A DNA stretch of 64,000 nucleotides from Vicugna vicugna. Taxonomy: Eukaryota. The stretch is taken from positions 4,361,862 to 4,425,861 of the forward strand of contig MU059902.1 in the NCBI GenBank assembly GCA_013265495.1, written 5' to 3'. Below are positions 1 through 9,954 of this stretch, one piece after another (within the stretch, counting starts at the first letter, position 1; the number at the start of each line of letters is the position of its first letter). The notes below the pieces were generated by a model. It did not search any database, had not been told where the DNA came from, and saw nothing but the letters and a program-made list of their open reading frames with translations. Made by a program: the position numbers and the translations under genes.

Positions 1-1884
1 CAATGGCCCTCTTTGGGGTCCTGGTGCCTGCTTTCTCCCAGACCGCCCCATAAGACTGTCCACTTCTGCCCACCCTACCACCTTTGGGACTTGTGCTTGA
101 GCAGCCCTGAGCGTGAAAATAGTCCAGCATGGACAACTGGCTTTCTGGCAGGCACCACAGATGGTCATGGAGACAGCTCTGTGTTCTGTTCCCCCCGGAC
201 CCACCCCTGGGCCGTGGGTCAGCCGTGGTGGCCTCGTCTTCTGGCTGATTGCTCTCACGTCTCCTTTCTGAGCGTTGATTCTGGTCTCATTTCCATCCAA
301 CCCACTGCCCCTGCCCTTTCTTCTCAAAACTGCTCCATTCATGTTACCCCTCTGCTCAAAGTCACCAATGACTGCTCACCACCTGAGACAGTGACTCCGC
401 TCCAGTGGGGCGCATCTGGTTCGCCCGGCACACCAGCAAAGCCAGACGCACTTAGTCTGAACATGAGCCTCTTGTCCCGGTGACCCGGAGTGTGACAACA
501 GACTGTGCTCCCCACGGGTCCACAGAATGGGGTCTGAATGTCTGAACCCATCCTTCAAGGCTTTGAACTGGCTCTTCAGCCTCATTCAAATTGTACCCTG
601 GACAACCCCTCTGAAGCAGACTGCTTTCCTTCAGGCTCCCAGATGTCGCCGCCAGTCAGCGACACCCCTGGCTACCTTCCCACCCCTCCTCCAGAAACGG
701 GAGTCGTGCTTTCCTTCTGGGACCCAGCTCTGTTTGCCTTGTTTCCCCAGAAACCTGAGCTTGAGGGGACGCTTCTGCGCCAAGTCTCCAGTGAAGGGAG
801 TGAAAGTTTAGGAACACAACAGTGGAGGAAGAGGTGAGTTCAGAATGGGAAAGACAAATGCAATGTGTCCGTGTGTGGGGGGGGGTGTCTGTGCTGGCTG
901 AGGCCTCGCCAGAGTGCAAGGCAGGTTCGCTCGGTCAGTCGGGACCCCTCCAGGAGGCTCTGTGGACACACTGTTTGGAGGGTCCACCACGGGGTGAAGG
1001 AGAAGAGCTCATCCCCGGCTCCTTCTTTCTTCCTTCTCTCAAAGTTTGCCCCAGGAGTTGTTAACTCCTGCCCACGTCCAGGCTCAAGGACCTGGCCTGG
1101 CATGGCAGCCTCTGAGGAAGCAGTGTCCTGGGTTGTCACAGGGGCACCTGGACATGGTGTGCTGTTCGAACAGGCGAGCAGACACAGGCGTGTGCTCTCT
1201 GTGTGCAGCCTGAGCCACGTCCTGCATCCTTGCACCCCTCCGCCTGCAGTGGCCATGTGCGTGAGTGCTGAGCAGGGCATGCAGCGCCTTAAGGGCGGAG
1301 GGGGAGGAGGGAAGTGTGGAATGAAGCCTTGTCTGGAAAGGGGGGTAGGCACAGCTGCTGTCCTGGTTCGGCTGCTCAAGTAGGCAGCTCGTTGAGTGTG
1401 CAGCCCCACTGTGGCAGCTCTGATGGTGCTCATGGAGAATTTCTCCACCACGGAGCCCACCTCTTCCCTGAGCAAGGATGTGTCTGGTGCCCACTGCTCT
1501 TCCAGGAGGGGTATCAACTGCATTGCCAGCAAACCTGGGTCCCGCGGCCTACAAGGGCAAGTAGATGGGGTGTGGCATCCTCACTCCTCAGAGCCCCCCT
1601 TGGGTCCCCCAGGCCCTGTTATCTGTACTTTCTTGTGTGTGAGGTACACACTGCCTCGGACCTTCCACTTCGTGTATCTGACTCAGCTTCCCTTCATCAC
1701 GTGATGGTGGATCTCCTTCCCAGGAGTGTTGGCTGAAGAAGATCCTCCCGCCAGAGTGCTTGGCCCTCAGCAGCACGTAGGCTTCTTGGCAGGCAGGTGG
1801 CTCGGCTGAGAGGCCAGTGTGCAGGCACTGGAGTAGGACCACCTGGTCCAAGTCAGGCTGCAACACCTCGGGAAAAGGAGTCTG

Positions 1885-1970
1885 CCTTCCTCTGCCTCAG
1901 TCTCCTCATCTGTAACACTGGGATGGCCTTGAGGAGTAAGTAATGCAATGCAAGCAGTGTGCATGGCACA
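1885..1970 (+). mobile_element. MIR core fragment
   Basis: ctctgcctcagtctcctcatctgtaacactgggatg...gaggagtaagtaatgca. Confidence 0.6.
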
Positions 1971-4078
1971 GGTCTGTGGCTGGTGTGGTGGGAGGGAGCC
2001 CACACCCTCCTGTGACGGTGCCCTGAAGGACGAGCAAGCCCGCGGCTCCCAGGCAGGCTGCCCACCCTCTGGCTCCAAGGCCTTTTCCCTCCTTACTTTC
2101 AGCAAGTTGCCCCACCAGGTACACTGCAGCTTCTCAGTAAAACTCAGCAGGGAAGGAGGAAGGCTGAACTCAAGGCAGGATTACAGCTCCTCCTTAAATT
2201 CACAAAGGCAGCCCCTTACAAAGGACGGAAGGTGATGCTCTGCTGTGTGGGGTGGCGAGGGGGGACGAGAGAGAGAGCAGAGGAAGCTTGGGCAGGAAGT
2301 GGGGCTCAAGGACCTCCAGCCTTCCGGGTACTGGATGCAAATGGCCCACATGTAGGAAGGACCCCCACCTTCCTCGTGTTCACGTGCTGAGCGGCAGTGA
2401 ATGCGCCCCCGCCCCTCCACTCTGCCATTTCTGCCAATTAGTCTCCCCCAAGTGTGCGTTCACCCCAGCTATGTTGCTAGTCTACACTTATGTCCAGGAA
2501 AGTTAAAAATAATCATGGGAACTGGGTTAGAGTGACCCTTTCCAGAGTTCTGTACTAAAGCCACCAAGACAGGCTTAGAGACTCTGCGAGGCTGGGACCC
2601 ATGGTTGGGCCCATCAGCCCATGAGCTTGTACGAGTTCACGTTCTGCAGAAGATGAAGTTAGCCACGGAAAGAGGCTGCTCGCTTGGGGAGGCACACCTT
2701 TTAGGGGGTTGGCAGAGCTTGGCTGAATCAGCCGAAAGAGTCAGCCTCAGACAATAGGACAGAAACAGCAGCGTCTCTGACGCCCTTGGCAGGAGAACAA
2801 GTTCTGATTTGCAAGGGAAGACTCCACCACCTGGGGTGGACAGGCAGGAAGAGGAGGGTGGGATGCGTCCAGCACTGAGATGGTCTGGGACCCACGGGAC
2901 CTGATCCGGTCTGACATTGGCTGTTCTCTCTCATATTTCCATGGCTGGTCCATCTTTGTCCCTGGCCACACGCACCCCCACACTGACCATGGGAGACAAG
3001 ACTATTGTCCGTTGACCTTCAGAGGAAAAGCCCCAGGCCTCTCACTTGCCACCCGACCAAGACCCCCAATCCACCCGCCCTGCAGCCTGCCTTGAACTGG
3101 GGTTGAAACGTGGAGTTCAGCAGAGCACTGTGTGGTCCCCTGTCCTCTCCACCAGCCACCTCCTTCCAGGCCTGTTTCCCATGTGTCACTGATTCTAGAA
3201 TGAGATGTTCATTTGGTCGTTGAAAATAACATTCAGAACCATTCAAACAAGCCCCTTCAGCTTAGATAAATCACAGAGGACGGAACGGGAGCTGAAGGCT
3301 GTATTTCACTTACAGGAGTCCTACTCTCCTGGAAAGCACCCAGGGCTTCCCAATTGAATTACAGCTTCCTTCCTAATTTCATTCCACAAGCCCCCTGCCC
3401 ACTGCCAGCTTGATTTAAGCGGTAATTCAATCCCAAAGTGAGCAGCATCTTTCAATGGTTCTCATTACTTTTCTGCATAATGTTATCATATATAAGGACT
3501 GGGGCTGAGGGCTGCTCACACCCAGCCATCACTCACCGCCCTGCACAGTCTCAAAGCCCAGCAAGGGTCTGGTCTAGGGAATCAGGTGTCTGCTGAGTGT
3601 CATTCCTGGAGTGACTGTGATGTGATTCTTTTTTCCTCACAGGAGGTACAAAGCTTAGCCAGATGCTCGTGGTAACACTTCCATGTTATTTTTCCTCCGC
3701 GACCCAAAATGATCTAGCATAAGGGGGGGGGTCCCTTGCTGACTTGGGGAAGATACGCTTGAGTGCTCTCGTGACTCAGCTGCTTTCATGGTGACAGCCC
3801 TATGCAGCCTGCTGGTATTAATGAGCCATGTCGGAGGTGGCCTGGGGTCCTAGGAAGGGCTAGCCCCTGTCTACAGTACATTCAGTGTCATTATCCAAAA
3901 AAAGGAAAAAAAAGAAAAAGTGTCCTCATCATGTAGTTTTCAAGAAGTTCTTGTTTGTGCAGAAGTGTCCTCAGCGACCCCACTCTGGGTGATTGTCTAA
4001 AACTATCAGCAGGACGTCTACACGCTGGTGCTTCCCAAGACGCGTTGTCAAGCGGAGAGAGCAAGCGCGCGCAGCGTC

Positions 4079-4099
4079 TTCAGCACCACGGAGAGCTCC
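4079..4099 (+). promoter_or_regulatory. RE1/NRSE (REST-binding) element
   Basis: TTCAGCACCACGGAGAGCTCC, 19/21 to consensus TTCAGCACCACGGACAGCGCC, inside a CpG-rich patch. Confidence 0.8.
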
Positions 4100-7000
4100 G
4101 GGACCTCCCGGGACGGGTCTGAGCGGGGCGGGAGCTCCAGCGCAGGGCTGCTGCCGGCCTGTCCCGCCCCGCGGCTTCTCCCGCACCTTCTCACCTCCGC
4201 CTCCTGCTTTGGCGTCCATGACCTCGCTTCCAGAAACTCTGCAAGCCTGGAGAACCACAGCCTCGAAGGCTGGAGATTTTGCTGCCCCATTTCTGCCAAA
4301 TTCAAAGCTGAATATTTAGGAAATGCAGAGAGAGTTGTGGAGAAAAGCCAGCGTAAAGTGCTGGGTGTGGACTGACCAGAGGGGAGAGGGGCCCTTTCCA
4401 GTTCAGACCCTCTGGCCAAAGGTGAGTTCCGGGGAGAAATGCTGGGAAGGTCGCAAGGCAAAGTGGCCAGCAGCCTCTCCCACCAGCCACTGCAGCCCCT
4501 TCCCTGTACTGACGCGGTGGGTCCTATCGGGACACTGGGGCTGCTGCAACCAGACAGGAGGCACAGTGCTTCGGGGAAGACGTGAAACAGAAATAAGGAA
4601 TCACAGATGCACAAAAAGGAAAAAAAAAAAAGAGGCAAATCTCTGCCTTCGCAGCTGCTCTCTGCTCAGAGAGTTATGCATTCAGAGTGCCCCTTTTTTT
4701 CTAAGTCTTATTACCGCCTGTAACCGTGGCATCTGCCTCACCTTTACCTGGCAATCTGAAACCAAACACAAACATTATTCTGGGAACAGTCATTTTAAAA
4801 GGAAACCCCTTCACCTTTAAAAGCCCAGCTGGGCCTCCAGCTAGATGCTCAGCTGTCTCAGAACTGAAAGGTGATGCCCCCACACACCACTTCTGTCCCC
4901 TCCCAACCAGACCCCGGGCTTCTGTGGAGGAGGAAAAACCTGAACCTTCCTTCTGGATTCACTCCTGTCCGCCCTTGGCCCCTCATTTTTTTTTTTTTTT
5001 CAGGGCAGAAACAGAGCAGGGAAAAGTGGGGCTGGTTTTCCCTGAAAACACATCTCTCTGCCTCTCTGCCCTCCCTACAGCTGGTGGGGACACTTGCTGA
5101 TGACATCCTGTGTAACATGCCGCGTCCCTCCGATGCTCACGGAGCGGGGAGCGTCTCCAGCCACCGTCCAGGCCAGAAAGTTTCTGCCTGGCTTGCATAT
5201 TTGGACTGCCGTCCAGCTCAGCTCTGTCAAATATATTCAGCCATATTGGGACCGCGTCTTGATTTTCTTGGCTTCAATTCAAAGGCAAGTGCTCTACACA
5301 CTAGCAAATGGACACCAGAAGCCCAATTTCCCCCTCTCACTGGCGAGCAAATTGAGTTTATTTTAATGGCATCCAGGCTGTTGATTTGTTTAAATCAGTT
5401 AAACGACCGAAGTGGTATTGTTTTTTCTGCTTGTTAAAGACAGTTATGTCTCCCATTTGTCAGTGTGTCTCGGGGCATTCAGCCCCTCAATGACTGAGGA
5501 GGGACTTCCCCTGGGGCGCCCGTGGCCACTGCAGCTGTCCACTGGCTCACGGCCTCAGGAGCAAATGGATGCTCTCCGGGCGTATGAGGAGCAGAGACTA
5601 AGGCCGTGCTCACAGCTAGGATGAAACGGAAGCACATCCATCCCCGCAGGTCCTGTGCTGGACGAGGCAACTGGTAAATGGATCACGCAGCAGACATGGG
5701 GCGAGGGCAGAAGCAGAGTGCCACCTGCTCTCCTGAGCGAATTAGAGGGAAATGATGCTCACTGAGATTTGAAAGACACCCTCCACCCACTGCTTCCAGT
5801 CACTGGCACATCTGCATCCTTGAACGTGTTTTCCTTTTAATAAAGGATGGCTGAGCTCTCACTTCCCCAAGTCTGCAGACCTTTGATGGGGATCCTGGGA
5901 TGCAGGTCAGCTCATTTGCATTGCCTGATCCCTGGAGCCCCGGCTCCCTGCCTCCCTCCCTCCCGTCTTCCTGATGCTGGTCGGAGGTCCCAGCAATGGA
6001 CGCACTTAAAGAGCAGCCAGGAAACTTAGCAGCAGGTGAATGACTCCACAGAGACATTTCTGGAGGCTGGAGGCAAGTGACCTGGGTGAGGTGCTGGGTC
6101 CAGCCTGGGCCCCATCCCCCCTGGGCTAGAGCCCTTCCCAAGCCAGGTGCCCTCCCTCCTGTGTCTTGGGACCTCTGTGATGTGTGTGACTTCCGTAGAG
6201 TGTTCAAGGGATCCCGGACACAGGAGACCCCAGCAGGCATGCAGACAGGCGCCAGCAGGAGCAGAATGCGCTGCGCTGAGAGGCAGGACGTCCCTGAAAA
6301 GGGGACTGCCTCAGGGTCCCTGCTTCCTCAGGTTTGGTCTGACAGCCTGAGAGCCTGGGGGCTGGGAGACCTTCAAATCCACATCAGGGGAGTAGAACCC
6401 CTGCCCGCCACCAGAGCAGAGCTCAGCCCGTGTCCTCTGAAGGTGAGGGCAGGGTTTCCCCCGGGCACTGCCCACATTTGGGACTGACAGTTGTTTTGGG
6501 GGCCACCCTGTGCACCGTGAGATAATGTTCAGCATCATCACGCCCACCAGAGGACAGTGGCACCCCCTCCCCAGGGTGACAACTAAAGATGCCGCCAGAC
6601 ACGGCTGAGTGGGTAAAACTGCCCTGGCTCAGAGCTGCTGGGCTGGGAGCAGGGCCCCACGCACACATAGTCAGCCTGGCCGGAGCCCGTCTTCTGCCTC
6701 CGTAAATTCCGTGAGTTCCGTGCGTCCCCGCTCCAGTGACGGGGCCCTTTGGAGCGTCTTGCCTTGCTGCAGGCACGCGAGCACACGCTTTGGGACTGTC
6801 TTCTCCCCCCGCGGGTGGCTTCTTCTGCAGGAAGTCCCTGCAGAGGTCGGCTGGACTCGGTCTGTCCACAAAGGCACAACCGGCAGCCCCAGCCTGCTCT
6901 TGCGGGCGCTTGTGGTCCCGGGTACAGTGTTGTGGGACAGTCCCCGTGAGCACCGGCTCAGCCACAAACCCAGGGCCTGGGCCTGGAAGCCTTTCCTTCA

Positions 7001-7228
7001 GCTTGAAATGGGGAAGAACTGGTTTGCAAACAGTGAAGATCCAGAGAGGGAATCTCGGGGTCTGTGAACCACGACACGGACACGAACGTGCACACGCGTA
7101 GAGCAGGCTGGGGTGATGTCATCACAAAACAAACAAGCAGCATTTCAGAAAATGTCACTTCGAGGTCACGGCCTGAACTAATGGTGATTCTTGTCTCTCT
7201 TCTTCTTTTTTTTCATATTACGTTTTTT

Positions 7229-7234
7229 TTTAAT
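7229..7234 (-). terminator. Distal polyadenylation signal ATTAAA of AJAP1
   Basis: plus-strand tttaat; four UGUA motifs upstream (plus taca at 7255, 7286, 7303, 7318); U/GU-rich ugcuuguuuguuuugugaug downstream near 7120-7140. Confidence 0.65.
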
Positions 7235-8560
7235 AGCAACATCAGAGTACTAAATACACACAGCAAAGTTGATGTAGGTGCCATTTACAGTGCTTTCCAA
7301 ATTACACAGCTTTGAAATACAGAAACAGCTTAAAAAATCCGGAATAAAAGTTCACCTGCATGGGGATCACACCCAGCGCCCCTCCCCACCCCCTCCCCCT
7401 CCCCAATTATTATTAACATGATTATGATGTGCCTTTAAAGGAAAAAACACAACAGAGAACTACAGTCATTCACCTCCTTCAGGAAGATGAGATATAAATG
7501 TGTCTACAAGGGACGGCGCTGGCACAGACGTGCGGATCACACGTGAACAGAGAGGCATCTGCTTTTCCGTGGAAAAATAACGAGTGACCCATGTCAAAGT
7601 GTAAATAAACAGCTAACAGTTTATGGTATCAGGAAATAATTTAGGGAAAGCAAACTAAGCACAGTGTAAGTGTACGTGAGTGGGGGAGGGGGAAAGAAAG
7701 TCCTCAGATGCTCCACTTAATGCCTGCGAGATCGGGCCGCTGTGGCCCTCACCGTGTGGCTCCTGGTCCTGTGGCTCAGGTTCAGTTTGTGAGCTGTCTA
7801 GTCCCAGGGCTGAGCGGGGGAGGAGGAGGGGGAAGTGGACCCTTGTTCACACGTGTGTAATCAGACCGGTGAAGCCAAGTGTCGTTCAAACACACCAGGG
7901 ATGTCGGAATGCAAGTAGATCCTGACCCTCAGCTAGATGCCCCACATGAAAAATCCAGCTAAGAGTTTGCATGTTTCTCTGAGTCTTCTGTTCATCCCAA
8001 CCCAACACCCAGATGTGCCCCGGGACCCACAACTGATGATGTGAAGACAGACCTTCCAAAGGGTCGGCTGCCTTTTCCACTCAATCCTAGCGACACTCTA
8101 GTGGCCAGACAAGACGTTCACTGTGACAAGTGAAAGGGGCAAAGATGCGTTCACACGCTAGTTGGGCCTCCTGTTTCTAAAATGCACGTTGGAGCCAGAC
8201 GTGCCAAGTGTGTTTACCACGGCGAGACCTCCGTAAGCCGCCCCACTAGCTCAGCCTGTAATGAGCAGTTTCCACTGCAGTAGATAATAATTGAAGGGCT
8301 TCAGCTGTTCCCCTTCCGTTCGGTGATTGATATTCTCGAAATGTTTTGCAGTCTACATTTACTCCTTTTGAAAAAAATGTGAAAGATTTTGAAAATATAA
8401 TCAACGCATGGTCTGAAGCTTCCTCCCAGGTCCTCTCTGGGTTTAACTCACGTTCGAGGTTTTAACGCACATTCAGTAACATATGTAGAGGGAGACGGAA
8501 AATCAATGAATCTCTTGTCGATCCATTTATCAGTCATGAGTTAAGGAAGCTTGATCAACA

Positions 8561-8576
8561 AGGTCATTAAAGGTCA
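8561..8576 (+). promoter_or_regulatory. Perfect DR4 nuclear-receptor element (TR/RXR or LXR/RXR type) with embedded NBRE
   Basis: AGGTCA-ttaa-AGGTCA; AAAGGTCA at 8569-8576. Confidence 0.5.
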
Positions 8577-9287
8577 GGTGAGGCTTGGCTGTTGTTAAGT
8601 TTTTCCTTTAAGTAATTTTAACTGAAGTTAACTGTGTTCTGGGCTCCAGCCCCCACCATCTGGCTTCTCCGAGCAAAGAAAGAGGACGAAATTATTCAAG
8701 TGGGGGCTGCTAGGGAAAAAAAGGGAAATTTAAAGAACCCCACGAAACTCTCTCGCTTTTCAGAGAACAGTTATCTGGAACCCAAAACTGATTACAGCAT
8801 TTCCCCCGAATCTCATTATTTTGTTCCAAACTGTTGCAAGTTCCTGCACCTCCTCCCCCTTCCACTGGCGAATGTCTCAAGGGGCAGCAGCACTGTGGAT
8901 GGGCTGGTCTTCCCGCCAAGCGGCTCCGGGGAGCGTCTCTGCAACGTCTGCTGACCCTCAAGCCCTTCCTTGCCATCTTGGGCTGGGAATTCATCTTTAA
9001 GGATCGACTCTATGGTCAGCTGACTGACAGCCAACTTGACTAAAGCACCTTCACCCCTCTAGCTTCAGAGGAAGCCACCCAAATGCATGTGCAAAGCAAA
9101 CGAACAAAAATAATAGAAAAAAAATGTGTGTGTAGTCACAGCAGTTTGGTTCCAGGAGAGCATGGCCACAGGTGGGCTCTGCCATGGAAGCTGACTTTCC
9201 AAAGCCAGCCACCCACCCCCATCCCTGTCCTCGAGGCCCCTGACTGGGAGTGTGGCTGTGCACGCTTGACGAAGTGGCACAATGCTT

Positions 9288-9308
9288 AACAGCACCGTGG
9301 ACAGCTCT
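9288..9308 (+). promoter_or_regulatory. Second RE1/NRSE-like element within the 3' UTR exon
   Basis: AACAGCACCGTGGACAGCTCT: both half-sites (CAGCACC, GGACAGC) intact with the canonical 2-nt spacer. Confidence 0.6.
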
Positions 9309-9806
9309 CCTTCCCGGAACGTTCATGTTCACCTGCCGCAAGTTCATCAAGGGGAAAACGCTCACGTTGCTTTGTAGACCTCCAGTTGTCAGCAGTCACG
9401 ACACTCATGTTAGAAACTGCATGAGCGTGAGGGAGGGGTGATACAGAGTGGAGCGCCAGCCCAAACTCGGCCTTGGAGGCAGAGGGGGAGAGGTTTTGTC
9501 CAGTGGCGGCCGTGGTTACACAAAACCTCGTGGAGGACAATGCTACAGGTTCACTGCTCTACTGTTATGTGGGTTTCAGCAAACTGAGACTTCAGCCAAA
9601 CCCTCTCTTCTATTCCAACTAGTCTCCCAAAGGTTGGAAATTGGAGGCTAGTGCGGGGGGGGTGGTCACAATGGCTTTGGACGTGTCCTTTTTGGCCTGG
9701 TATCATGGAAGAGTGGAGAAGGATGGTGTGGCTCTCTTGGGAGAGGGGGGCATCAGTCCAGGAGGCTGGCACAATGGTGTTTGCCCTTGCAGTTTCCTAC
9801 ACAGTG

Positions 9807-9954
9807 ATTTTTTTTTTAGTTAGTTTGGTTTTTTTGTGGGGGAGGGGAGATGATTAGGTTTATATATTTGTTTATTTAATGGCGGTGATAGGGATTGAAC
9901 CCAGGACCTCGTGCTTGCTAAGCACACACTCTACCACTGAGCTGTACCCTCCCC
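9807..9954 (-). mobile_element. tRNA-Ala-derived SINE (camelid Vic-1-like) inserted in the 3' UTR
   Basis: reverse complement GGGGAGGGTACAGCTCAGTGGTAGAG...GAGGTCCTGGGTTCAATCCC (A and B boxes), then AT-rich tail, CCTAAT...CTCCCC and A tail; diverged 18-bp TSD candidate. Confidence 0.88.

Noticed and set aside
9886-9954. tRNA-Ala-like sequences (also near 23985-24045 and 41470-41530)
   Set aside because: They have SINE tails, a broken acceptor stem and degenerate anticodon arms; these are tRNA-derived SINEs, not tRNA genes
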